DNA of 43,403 bases, taken from contig DATIHM010000063.1 of assembly GCA_035480695.1 (NCBI GenBank), forward strand, positions 1 through 43,403, given 5' to 3'. The position numbers and the translations under genes were made by a program. Below the pieces are notes generated by a model. It ran no database searches. It was given only the letters and a program-made list of their open reading frames with translations, and had not been told where the DNA came from. Origin of the DNA: Candidatus Saccharimonadia bacterium (GTDB lineage: Bacteria; Patescibacteriota; Saccharimonadia; Saccharimonadales; UBA4665). Shown here piece by piece: positions 16,521 through 25,358 of the stretch (positions are counted from its first letter, which is position 1; each line of letters opens with the position of its first letter).

Positions 16521-17741
16521 ATGGCAAAAGAAGATGAAATCCGACCGTTCAAAATCAATATAGAAGAAGAAAAGCTGGCAGATTTGAAGAAGCGCCTCGA
16601 GATGACACGTTGGCCTCACAAGGAGCTTGTGTCGGACAGGTCGCAGGGCGTGCAATTGGCGACGATGAAGGAGCTTGCCAAATACTGGGCCAACGATTAC
16701 GATTGGCGCAAGGTCGAGGCCAAGCTGAATGCACTGCCGCAATTCATGACGAATATTGATGGCGTGGACATCCACTTCATCCATATCAAGTCGCGGCATG
16801 AGAACGCGATGCCCATGATTATGACGCACGGCTGGCCCGGCTCGGTCATAGAGTTGCTGGAGGTGGTCGGCCCGCTCACCGACCCAACGGCGCATGGCGG
16901 ACGTGAAATCGACGCGTTCGATTTGGTGCTGCCCTCGCTTCCGGGTTACGGCTTTTCCGGCGAGCCCGCCGGTCTGGGCTGGAACCAGGTCAGAATAGCC
17001 GAGGCTTGGGCAGAACTGATGAACCGTCTCGGCTACGACCACTACGTGGCACAGGGCGGCGACGTAGGCGCGGCCGTCACCGACGCCATGGGCCGCCAGG
17101 CTCCGGAAGGACTGCTCGGCATCCACACCAACTTACTGGTGACCGGGCTCGGCAACGCGGCAGCCATGCCGGCTGACTCCAAAGAGGAGCGCCAGGCTTT
17201 AGACGCAATCAACACCTTTAATTCCAGTGGCAAGGGCTACTTCATCGAGCAAGCCACGCGGCCGCAGACCATCGGCTACGCCTTGCTGGATTCGCCCGTC
17301 GCCCTGGCCGCCTGGATGCTCGACCACGACACCGACGCCTACTATAAGATTTCACAAGCCTTTGTCGATAACCACCCGTCGGGCAACCTCACCCGCGACC
17401 ACATCCTCGACAACATCACGCTGTATTGGTTGACGGGAACCGGCGCTTCGGCGGCTCGCGAATACTGGGAGAGTGGACAAGTCGCAATCCAGACGGCCGG
17501 CCAACCACAGCCGGATGTCCCGATTCCGACCGGCTTCACCACTTTCCCTGGCGAAATCTGGCGCACCCCGCGCAGCTGGGCAGAAAAGTCGTATCCCAAC
17601 CTCACGTACTTCCACGAGGCTGAAAGGGGCGGCCACTTTGCCGCTTGGGAGGAGCCGATGCTCTTTTCAGCAGAGATACGCGCCGCCTTCAGGCAACTCC
17701 GCGAACAAGGTGCTAAAGCAAAGTATACAGCTGCTAGTTAG
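16521..17741 (+). CDS. Epoxide hydrolase (microsomal-type N-terminal domain plus alpha/beta hydrolase)
   Basis: IRPFKINIEEEKLADLKKRLEMTRWP (EH N-terminal domain), HGWPGS oxyanion motif, GGDVGA nucleophile elbow, C-terminal ERGGHFAAWEEP. G-rich SD GGGGGG upstream. Confidence 0.9.
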   Translation: MAKEDEIRPFKINIEEEKLADLKKRLEMTRWPHKELVSDRSQGVQLATMKELAKYWANDYDWRKVEAKLNALPQFMTNIDGVDIHFIHIKSRHENAMPMIMTHGWPGSVIELLEVVGPLTDPTAHGGREIDAFDLVLPSLPGYGFSGEPAGLGWNQVRIAEAWAELMNRLGYDHYVAQGGDVGAAVTDAMGRQAPEGLLGIHTNLLVTGLGNAAAMPADSKEERQALDAINTFNSSGKGYFIEQATRPQTIGYALLDSPVALAAWMLDHDTDAYYKISQAFVDNHPSGNLTRDHILDNITLYWLTGTGASAAREYWESGQVAIQTAGQPQPDVPIPTGFTTFPGEIWRTPRSWAEKSYPNLTYFHEAERGGHFAAWEEPMLFSAEIRAAFRQLREQGAKAKYTAAS

Positions 17742-18237
17742 ATTTTTTGGGCGGCTTGGTCAAATGCAGAACATGTTGGCGTTCGGCTTCGAACATGGCT
17801 GAGGATTTTTGGAAGTAATTCGATAAGACTTCCAGTTCTTGGCGGGAATAGCTGTCCAGCAGCTTGTTCTGGGCGACCCTGGCAGATGTGAACAGAGGTC
17901 GAAATCTGTGCGCCGCTTCCCTGTCTATGACAACCAGCGTGCCCCGCCTGTCGTGCGGATGCTTTTCGCGTTTAACCAGGCCGGCTTTTTCGAGCCGGTC
18001 GATCATGGCAGTGGTTGAACCGGAACTCAGCCCGGTATATTTCGACAACTCAGAAGGTGTCGTCGCGCCACGGTAGAAAATCAGGTCGAGCCCTTCGAAA
18101 TCGGTCGTGTTCAGCCCTAGTTTCTTACCGATGGCGTTGCGGAACAGCGTGTAACTGATGCCGTTCTCGCGGCTATCCACAACCACCTGTTTCTTCAAAT
18201 CGCTGTTGTCTTCAAGCGTCATAAATTCCCTTGACAT
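17734..18237 (-). CDS. MarR-family transcriptional regulator
   Basis: Winged HTH PSELSKYTGLSSGSTTAMIDRLEKAGLVKREKHPHDRRGTLV. ATG 18222 (AAGGGA upstream) is an alternative start. The 3' end overlaps the epoxide hydrolase gene by 8 nt, convergently. Confidence 0.88.
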   Translation of the reverse strand: MSREFMTLEDNSDLKKQVVVDSRENGISYTLFRNAIGKKLGLNTTDFEGLDLIFYRGATTPSELSKYTGLSSGSTTAMIDRLEKAGLVKREKHPHDRRGTLVVIDREAAHRFRPLFTSARVAQNKLLDSYSRQELEVLSNYFQKSSAMFEAERQHVLHLTKPPKKSN

Positions 18238-18261
18238 TTATCTCGATATTAGAGTATCTTG

Positions 18262-18277
18262 ATTATACAGCTATATA
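18262..18277. promoter_or_regulatory. Imperfect palindrome, candidate MarR operator in the divergent marR/VOC intergenic region
   Basis: TTATACAG|CTATATAA, with 7 of 8 arm positions complementary, lies between the divergent starts at 18237 and 18302. Confidence 0.3.
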
Positions 18278-18301
18278 AATCAATTGTAAATTGGAGGCAC
18301 T

Positions 18302-18634
18302 ATGGCCAACAAAGTCCCACTGATCGTTTTCCCGGTAAAGGATTTAGACAAAGCAAAAAGTTTTTATAACACTTACTTGGCGACTGAGCCTTATGTGGAC
18401 GGCGCCTGGTATGTCGGCTATAAAGTCGGCGATATGGAAGTCGGCCTGGACCCGAATGGCAAAACTGTCGTCAGCTATATTGACACCGATGACATGGAAG
18501 CCAGCCTGACAACCTTAAAAGGCGTAGGTGCCGAGGTTGTCATAGAGCCCAAGGATGTCGGCGGCGGCTTGATGGTCGCCCAAGTCGAAATCGAGGGCAA
18601 TACCATGGGCCTTCGCCAACAACCTAAAAAGTAG
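18302..18634 (+). CDS. Small VOC/glyoxalase-like protein
   Basis: GGAGG SD. IVFPVKDLDKAKSFYNTYL and GGGLMVAQVEIEGNTMGL fit single-module VOC proteins. Confidence 0.8.
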   Translation: MANKVPLIVFPVKDLDKAKSFYNTYLATEPYVDGAWYVGYKVGDMEVGLDPNGKTVVSYIDTDDMEASLTTLKGVGAEVVIEPKDVGGGLMVAQVEIEGNTMGLRQQPKK

Positions 18635-18660
18635 CCGGCTACAGATTTTAGCTGGTCGGC

Positions 18661-18972
18661 TTAGTACGAACGACGGTAGTTGCTGCGACCACCACCGCCA
18701 CCGCCACCCTGAGGGCGTCGATCTTCTTGCGGGCGAGCCTGGTTGACCATAATCGCGCGGCCACTCAGCTCTTTGCCGTTGAGTTCCTTGATAGCGTTCT
18801 GGCCTTCTTTGATGTCTTCCATCTCAACGAAGCCGAAGCCTTTTGATTGGCCGCTGAAGCGATCCTTGATTACGACCGCACTCACTACCTTGCCCTGCCC
18901 TGCGAACAGCTCTTCCAGTTCTTGGTCGGTGACGCTGTAAGCCAGCCCACCTACGTAAAGTTTCATTGCCAT
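18661..18972 (-). CDS. RRM-type RNA-binding protein with a Gly/Arg tail
   Basis: RNP2 KLYVGGL, RNP1 KGFGFVEM, tail RRPQGGGGGGGRSNYRRSY. ATG 18972 is preferred over 18999 (AAAGGA 9 nt upstream). Confidence 0.9.
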   Translation of the reverse strand: MAMKLYVGGLAYSVTDQELEELFAGQGKVVSAVVIKDRFSGQSKGFGFVEMEDIKEGQNAIKELNGKELSGRAIMVNQARPQEDRRPQGGGGGGGRSNYRRSY

Positions 18973-19108
18973 TATTATTTGTCCTTTCTTAATTGACATC
19001 GCCTGCGTTCATTATTGCTGCTCGCGATGATTGTTAGTTCGAAAGACTAATTTATGACAACGGAGAGGTAATAGTAACCACTTGCTTAGGCATAAGTATA
19101 TCACATAA

Positions 19109-19642
19109 ATGCTATCGACACCATATAAGAGTATACTTAGGGATATGTACAAGTTCGTTATCGCCAAATTGCGCGATGGAAACGTCATTTACGTTAACTT
19201 TATCTCATCTTCTGCCGGGCATTACTTGAGCCGGCAACCATATGTCATCGCACTCGTCAAAGAGCTACTGACAGCGAAGAAATTAAGGGGTGAACGGATC
19301 GTCATCGAGCAGGACATGGGGCGGACCATCGGCAAGACCGATATAGTCGCGACCAGCGAGAAGGACATCATCTATTACGCCAGGCCAGTCAAGTCGGATG
19401 TGTTCTCGCGTTTTGCCAAAAACCGTTACCCGCAGTCGAGTAACAAATTGACGATTATCGTAGTGCAGGATACCGATGGCAATTATGAGGTGAGTGACGC
19501 CTGGATAGGGCCCAATTGCCCGGCGTTCCCAGGTGATGAATACGAAACTATCGAGAGCAAGGAGTACTGGCAAAGCCACGCGCTCGTGCAGGACGCCCAG
19601 GCAATCCAGTCAAGGTCGATAACGAAAACCTGCCCTTATTAA
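19109..19642 (+). CDS. Hypothetical protein (177 aa)
   Basis: Long ORF with ordinary composition. I recognise no motif. ATG 19145 is an alternative start. Confidence 0.65.
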   Translation: MLSTPYKSILRDMYKFVIAKLRDGNVIYVNFISSSAGHYLSRQPYVIALVKELLTAKKLRGERIVIEQDMGRTIGKTDIVATSEKDIIYYARPVKSDVFSRFAKNRYPQSSNKLTIIVVQDTDGNYEVSDAWIGPNCPAFPGDEYETIESKEYWQSHALVQDAQAIQSRSITKTCPY

Positions 19643-19716
19643 AGCAGCCAGGCGAGGTTGCGTTTTTCTGCATATCTTGTATAATGTGGCCTAGTAATTT
19701 GAGGTTGTAGGTAGCA

Positions 19717-20043
19717 ATGCACGACAAATATCCCCACGAGAAGCCACAAGAGCAAGGCCTGCACATGTGCCCCGATTGCACATCAGAATTAGTACAACCG
19801 ATGGCGTGGGCTGAGGCTGAAGGCCACCGCTGGGAATTGCATTTGGAATGCCCCAATTGCAGGTGGGAAGAGGAAGGCATTTACGATCGCGAGCAGGTTG
19901 ACGCTCTTGAAGAGAAGCTTGATGACGGCCTAGCCGCAATACTAGGCGACCTGCAAAGGCTGACCCAGGCGAACATGGCCGCTGACATCGAACGCTTTAT
20001 GGGTGCCTTAATGGCTGACCAAATCCTGCCCGAAGACTTCTAA
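19717..20043 (+). CDS. Zinc-ribbon protein (CPDC..CPNC) with an acidic helical tail
   Basis: CPDCTSELVQP...ECPNCRW forms a 4-Cys ribbon, followed by DALEEKLDDGLAAILGDLQRL. Confidence 0.7.
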   Translation: MHDKYPHEKPQEQGLHMCPDCTSELVQPMAWAEAEGHRWELHLECPNCRWEEEGIYDREQVDALEEKLDDGLAAILGDLQRLTQANMAADIERFMGALMADQILPEDF

Positions 20044-20044
20044 G

Positions 20045-20428
20045 TCACTTAGCCAGCAGCCAGGCCAGCGCCTCTTCCCGCGTGTTAAAGACTTTTGTGG
20101 TGTCGTTTTTGTCAAGCGCCAACAGAATGCCCTTGGCAACCTCGGCGTGCGGCGCGTTACACAGCGCCAGCTTGTCGTATTCCAACGTTTCTAAAAAGCT
20201 GAGCGCCGCCTTATCGGAAGCGATGGAGTAGCCGGTTTGGCGGCTCATATCTATGAGGCCAAGCAGCGGTTTATGCGCAGCCTTCAGCTGTTTGATAATC
20301 GGTTGGGCCTCATCGTAAAGCTTGGCGAAAGTCTGCGGTGTCTGTTCGCCCACGATCAAGGCCTCCACGAACCCCTGCGGGCGGCGGATGACCTGGTTTT
20401 CGGCCGGTTCCTGGCTGTCTTCTGGCAT
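20045..20428 (-). CDS. STAS/SpoIIAA-like (STAS_2, DUF3478-type) protein
   Basis: LGLIDMSRQTGYSIASDKAALSFLETLEYDKLALCNAPH...FNTREEALAWL follows the SpoIIAA-like pattern. It starts 1 nt after the receiver gene's stop. Confidence 0.65.
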   Translation of the reverse strand: MPEDSQEPAENQVIRRPQGFVEALIVGEQTPQTFAKLYDEAQPIIKQLKAAHKPLLGLIDMSRQTGYSIASDKAALSFLETLEYDKLALCNAPHAEVAKGILLALDKNDTTKVFNTREEALAWLLAK

Positions 20429-20429
20429 C

Positions 20430-20873
20430 TTACGGTTGGTTTGGCGGCGCTTCGAGCGAAACGCTTTCTTTTTGGTCGGTCGGTTTCAAAATATTGTCGA
20501 CAAGCTGGTCAATCTGGTCATTGGACAGGTTAGCCTTGACGGCGTAACCCTCGATGCCGTTTTCGCGTAATCCCGACGGCGCGTCGGCTTCGTTCAGGTT
20601 AGAAATGACAAGTACCTTGGTGTCTTTGCCCCAATCGCTAGCGCGCATTACTTGCAGGATCTGGTCGCCGGCCAGCTTCGGCAGCATTAGGTCGAGCAAC
20701 ACCAGGCTGGGCCGCTCCTTTTCGATAAGTGCAAGGGCCTGGATGCCTTCGGTAGCGACGAAACAGATGTAGCCGAGTGCTTCAAGACGGGTCTTGTAAA
20801 TGTCGGCGAGCGCGGCGTCGTCCTCAACGATGACGATTTTGGCCCACGAGCCGTATTGTGATTGCTGGTCCAT
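20430..20873 (-). CDS. Single-domain response-regulator receiver (CheY-like)
   Basis: KIVIVEDD, phospho-acceptor context SLVLLDLMLP, VLVISN, GYAVKA (conserved Lys). There is no output domain. Confidence 0.88.
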   Translation of the reverse strand: MDQQSQYGSWAKIVIVEDDAALADIYKTRLEALGYICFVATEGIQALALIEKERPSLVLLDLMLPKLAGDQILQVMRASDWGKDTKVLVISNLNEADAPSGLRENGIEGYAVKANLSNDQIDQLVDNILKPTDQKESVSLEAPPNQP

Positions 20874-20921
20874 AAGGCAATATTAATACACTTGCCCCGG
20901 TTTTGCCTAGTTGGAGTTGGA

Positions 20922-23111
20922 TTATCTCTTGGCGGCGACGCGCTTCGAGCGGGTTTTCAGCTTGGGGGTGCTGGTTGTTTTCGGCTTGACCGTCGTGGCT
21001 GTCGTCGTCTTCTTAGCGGCCGATGCGGCTTTCCGAAGGCGCGTCGTCTTCACAGCGGTCGGCTTGGTCGCACTGGACTTAGCGGCTTCGCGGCGCACTG
21101 GGGTGACGCCATCTTCTTTCGCGATGGCCGGCTTGGAGTGTCTCAGCGTGACTTTGTCGCTTTTTGCCCTCTTGCCTATTGACCAATTTGCCGATTTGCC
21201 AGAATTGACCGGCTCGCCTCCGTCGGCCTCTGAAGCTTTAACCGCTTTTCGCAGGTGGACTTTGGCCCGGATCTTACGGCTTTCGGGACGTACGGCGCGG
21301 ACGGCTTTACTACCGACATGCCTTACCTTAGTCGGATGGTTAGTGCCCCCGTCTTCGTGTTCTTTGTTACCGTCCTCAGGCTCGCCGGTTTTGCGGTGCC
21401 GAATTTCCGGTTTTGGTTGATGCTTACGGGTGGGTTTGCCTCTGCTGGCAGTCCGGGCTATTGGTGAGCCGCCCGTATCGGCTTCCGCAGGGGCGGCACT
21501 GGCGGCTCCGCCCGTCAGCTGGGCCACCTTTTCGCTGCCACTCACGTCGGCGGCACCGCCCGGCGCGTGGTAGACACCATCAGGGCCAAGCGTTTCCGGT
21601 ACTTGTGTGCCGTTCGAATAGTAAACCGTGTGGCCGACAATTCTAGTAGGAATCACTGGTGCTGGCTGTGGTGATTGCTGCATGTTTGCCGGCGCGTTTC
21701 CGCTGCTGTGAAGCTGAGATGCTGAGGCCGGGCTTGCGCTACTTGAACCGCCTGAAGAATGGTGCTGAGATGAGCTACTTGAAGAATGATGAGAGGTACT
21801 CGGCACAGGTGCACCGTTGTGTGCTGTCTGATTAGGCGCTGGAGCTGACGATGAACCGCCGGTGTTGGCAGAGGCCGCAGTCGCACCCGGTTGGGAGCGA
21901 TTCTCGTGGTGGTTGGAATTGTGAGGTTGCCGCGCGTGATGGGCGTCGTGGCCTTGGGCAACTTCGGCTTGTGCCATGTGCGTTTTAGTGTGGTCCGGCT
22001 GGTCGCCCTTCTTTGTACGGTGATCCGGAGTGCCCGACGGCGCCTGGGCATATATATTCGGAGTAGTTGGGGTAGTCGAGCCGCGGGTGGCTGAGGTTGT
22101 TGATGGGTGATTGTCGCCTCCGCCTCCTAAGAATGCCACGGCGACAGTAGCAGCGGCCACGGCTGTGATTGCGCCGATTGCATTACGCTTGCCGTGGGTG
22201 TGTTCTTCTTCGTCGGTTTTGTCTGCCCTGCTCAGTTTGTTTCGCCGTGAATCAAGTGCGATTACCGGAACAGCTTGCCCCCTGGCTTCCATTCGTTCGC
22301 GGGCAACGCGAGCGCCCCTTTCGCTAGCAGATTCATTACGAGGACGCGTTGCGGCTGGCTGTTGTATGGCCTGCTGCCGGCGCCACCGCTCTTCCCTTTC
22401 CATTGCCTCAATTGTTGCCGGGCTAACGTGCGGAAGCTCGCCGCGACCGAATGCTGCCCGTGCCTCTGTAGCAGATTTAAAATCCGTAATAATAGCCGCG
22501 CGTTGGCGACGTGGCCCTCTATACTCTTCGGCAGATGGGGCAGCCTTTTCAGCAACAGGTGTGGACTGGTCACGCTCATCGGCATCTTGAACAAAATCCG
22601 GCACGAATTCTTCCGTAGGCTGGTCCACACTTGATTCGCTCTCAGGCTCAGCTTCCGGCTCTGTTTCCGGCTCGATAAACTGGGTTTCCTCGGCGCCTGC
22701 ACCGGTGTAAATCGGAGCCGGCTTTGGGCGCTGCGGCTCAAAAAAGAAGGAATCTTCCTCATAATCGCCGGTTTCCATGTCACCAAAAAGCGGGCTAGGC
22801 TCAGGCTGACGCACAGTATCTCTGGGTTGTGGTGCCGGCTGCTCTTCCTGCAAGATATATCGCATCGTAGAATGGCCGACTAGACTTTCCGCGTTGACTC
22901 GACTGCCAACGGCGCCGACAACTTCTTCAGGCGTAAGGTGAACCGAAAATTTACGAGCAGCTGGTGTGGGCTCAGAGACTGGTTGAGCTGGCGGTTCTAC
23001 CGCAGAGATAGGCTGAGGTTCAACTGCGTGAGTAACCTCAGGAGCGGGATTTAGGGCGTGGTAAGGCGCCGTTATCCTACGTATGTAATCGCCCGCGTCT
23101 TCTGCTGCCAT
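20922..23111 (-). CDS. 729-aa bitopic, largely disordered protein: acidic/Pro-rich N-terminal half, one TM segment, His/Ser-rich and Lys-rich C-terminal half
   Basis: Single long ORF. Central TM AIGAITAVAAATVAVAFLGGGG. N-terminal EPETEPEAEPESE. His/Ser tracts HDAHHARQPHNSNHHENRS and SHHSSSSSSQHHSS. Lys-rich end KKTTTATTVKPKTTSTPKLKTRSKRVAAKR. The alternative-frame ORFs inside it are shadows. Confidence 0.75.
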   Translation of the reverse strand: MAAEDAGDYIRRITAPYHALNPAPEVTHAVEPQPISAVEPPAQPVSEPTPAARKFSVHLTPEEVVGAVGSRVNAESLVGHSTMRYILQEEQPAPQPRDTVRQPEPSPLFGDMETGDYEEDSFFFEPQRPKPAPIYTGAGAEETQFIEPETEPEAEPESESSVDQPTEEFVPDFVQDADERDQSTPVAEKAAPSAEEYRGPRRQRAAIITDFKSATEARAAFGRGELPHVSPATIEAMEREERWRRQQAIQQPAATRPRNESASERGARVARERMEARGQAVPVIALDSRRNKLSRADKTDEEEHTHGKRNAIGAITAVAAATVAVAFLGGGGDNHPSTTSATRGSTTPTTPNIYAQAPSGTPDHRTKKGDQPDHTKTHMAQAEVAQGHDAHHARQPHNSNHHENRSQPGATAASANTGGSSSAPAPNQTAHNGAPVPSTSHHSSSSSSQHHSSGGSSSASPASASQLHSSGNAPANMQQSPQPAPVIPTRIVGHTVYYSNGTQVPETLGPDGVYHAPGGAADVSGSEKVAQLTGGAASAAPAEADTGGSPIARTASRGKPTRKHQPKPEIRHRKTGEPEDGNKEHEDGGTNHPTKVRHVGSKAVRAVRPESRKIRAKVHLRKAVKASEADGGEPVNSGKSANWSIGKRAKSDKVTLRHSKPAIAKEDGVTPVRREAAKSSATKPTAVKTTRLRKAASAAKKTTTATTVKPKTTSTPKLKTRSKRVAAKR

Positions 23112-23228
23112 CTATCAATAGCTCCTCAATCTCAGATGTGCGCCTATTTAAACAAGCAAGTTTAAGATTGTCAAGATTTAATGTTATTTAATTGCATCAA
23201 ATCCCAATTTAATGTATGGTCAATCATT

Positions 23229-24125
23229 ATGAGCGAGGTTTTTCCAGAGGGAACAGTTCATCATGAAGAGGAGCAGGCTCCGGCACAGCCACGGCTAGAG
23301 TTAAGCGGTGGTAAGTCCCGGGGTAAGCGAAGCTTCCGCCCCCGGCTGCCAGGTGCTGAAAAGCGTGCAGCCAAACGCGCTAACAAACCTCCGCGTACGT
23401 TCAAGCAAAAGGCTAGGATTGGCGGAGCAATAGCAATTGCTGTGACAGGCGTCGGGGCTTATGCTTATTTCGACATCAAGGACCAGCTCAACGAAAGCCA
23501 CCAGCAGACTGAACTGCTCAAGCAACAGAATGCATACGAAAGCGCTATCGGCGCGGCCAGCATGCAAGCATCCAACATATTTGACACCTGGATGAAGGCT
23601 CCGGCCGGGAGCGCCAACGCCTCAACCTGTGCCGAACATGAGTACGTATTGTCGGCTGGTACCGTAGTGGACAAGCAGCCTACGCCGGTCCGCGTCATGG
23701 TAGGCGAAGAGTTGAAGACAAACATCGCTTATACGATAACCTCTGGTGAACAAGCTATCGTCCGCTCCATGCTCGTTTATAAAAATAGCAGCAACCCTAA
23801 CGCCCATCAGCTGGGCGCCTTCGTGGACAAGCCCGCTGCAGGCGTTTCAGAAGGCAGTGCTCTTGAGGTTAAACAAGGTGCCCCACAAACCGCAAACCGT
23901 GTTGCCCGCGCCTTCGGCTGGATAGACCTGACGGAGGCAAAGACGAACGGTAATGCAACACCTTTGAGACTCCCGAATGGTCCCAATCATGATGGCGGAG
24001 AAGTGAGTTGTCCATGGACAACTCATGGCCAACCGACAGTCAACGGTGAACTCGCCGCTTGGTCAGTTATCGTACCTGAAATAGACGAAACCGATTTAGG
24101 CGCAATCCAGCAAGCAATCAAATAA
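23229..24125 (+). CDS. Bitopic orphan protein (basic N-terminus, TM, about 210-aa extracytoplasmic domain)
   Basis: The ORF is 23181-24125. ATG 23229 (MSEVFPEG) is preferred. TM IGGAIAIAVTGVGAYAYF. No motif recognised. Confidence 0.75.
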   Translation: MSEVFPEGTVHHEEEQAPAQPRLELSGGKSRGKRSFRPRLPGAEKRAAKRANKPPRTFKQKARIGGAIAIAVTGVGAYAYFDIKDQLNESHQQTELLKQQNAYESAIGAASMQASNIFDTWMKAPAGSANASTCAEHEYVLSAGTVVDKQPTPVRVMVGEELKTNIAYTITSGEQAIVRSMLVYKNSSNPNAHQLGAFVDKPAAGVSEGSALEVKQGAPQTANRVARAFGWIDLTEAKTNGNATPLRLPNGPNHDGGEVSCPWTTHGQPTVNGELAAWSVIVPEIDETDLGAIQQAIK

Positions 24126-24335
24126 ACCCAATGTATTTTTTGAAAAAACTTGACTAAGTTTTCTTAATAGCTTTATTATTGGCTTAGATTATTGTGTGGC
24201 ACGAGGTCATAACAGGTGGGCAAATGCCCTCCTGTTATGCAATAAGCCCTTGTTTATTGCATATAACCGGTTAATCTCTTAACACAAAAACCTCCAAATG
24301 TTGAACCTTTTAAGAAAGGTGCAGGTTTTATATCT

Positions 24336-25349
24336 ATGGAAGCAAAGACTTTCAAAAGTGGTGGCATTGTCGCAGCCTGTGTTGCTGGAGCACTGTTTGT
24401 GGCAAGCGAAGTTAATAGCTGTGGGCCTAACATAGCCATTCCCGACCTGACCGGCCCCTTGACAGAGCAGCAGGTTCAAAAACAGTTCAGCGGCCAAGTC
24501 AACGAATTCTCTTTCCCCAACACAATCAATGGACCGCGGGCTGAAGCGCAGGGTTATTCGGCCGTTAAGGTAGCTAGCACATCTCATATACCCGTTCTAG
24601 GTTTCTTTTATAACCACACCATAGGCCCTTTCGCCGGTGAGTCAGCTTGGGCAATCCGCAAAGGCACTATCGGCTTGGATGTGCCGGCATCGGCAGTGAC
24701 GGATAAGCGCCCTTACAATCTGCCAGGTTCAACCACGAAAGACCCTAAAATCGGACTTCAGGTAACGATTGACATCGACAAAGCTCACACATTTATCCAA
24801 GACCCGAAAACGGTCAACTCCAATGCCAGCGAAGGCATAGTTGCCCGAGAAGCGAATGTAATAACCGATAACGGCGACGAAGGCCGTAATGCCTCCAGCA
24901 TCATAGGTTTGACCGATGCTAATACCCGAGACGATTGCGTACGAAGTGACTTCTACCGGGTACTCGCCCCGGTGCTTTCCAAGAATATCGGCAGGATACT
25001 CTGGTTCGCTTACCAGTCGGACCGGGATGCCATTCATGGCCTTCTTAACACACCCGATTTAGTGCGCCAAAGGGAGCTAGCTATCAATCCCGTACGAGTT
25101 ATCCTTATCCACGATAATGAAACTCCCACGGACCCTCAAAGCTACAAAGCAATCTATTCCAACCAGACCCAACAAGCTATCGTTGGCAACCTGGCCCATG
25201 AGCTGGGTGCTAAAAAGAGCGACATAAGCACCGACACTAAACAAGAAGATTGTAACCTGACTAACAAGGCTGCCACTCAAGCTGCCCAGCTTGCGGGTAG
25301 CTACCAGAAGGCTACCGGCCAGACGCCTATTAAATCACCGGAGACATAG
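24336..25349 (+). CDS. Signal-anchored or secreted orphan protein (337 aa)
   Basis: N-terminal hydrophobic segment GGIVAACVAGALFVASEVNSCG (possibly a lipoprotein-like Cys). No motif recognised. Confidence 0.75.
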   Translation: MEAKTFKSGGIVAACVAGALFVASEVNSCGPNIAIPDLTGPLTEQQVQKQFSGQVNEFSFPNTINGPRAEAQGYSAVKVASTSHIPVLGFFYNHTIGPFAGESAWAIRKGTIGLDVPASAVTDKRPYNLPGSTTKDPKIGLQVTIDIDKAHTFIQDPKTVNSNASEGIVAREANVITDNGDEGRNASSIIGLTDANTRDDCVRSDFYRVLAPVLSKNIGRILWFAYQSDRDAIHGLLNTPDLVRQRELAINPVRVILIHDNETPTDPQSYKAIYSNQTQQAIVGNLAHELGAKKSDISTDTKQEDCNLTNKAATQAAQLAGSYQKATGQTPIKSPET

Positions 25350-25358
25350 GAAGTACAG

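Noticed and set aside
16461-17126. 221-aa minus-strand ORF
   Set aside because: It lies entirely antisense to the well-supported epoxide hydrolase gene, with an Arg/His-rich shadow composition.
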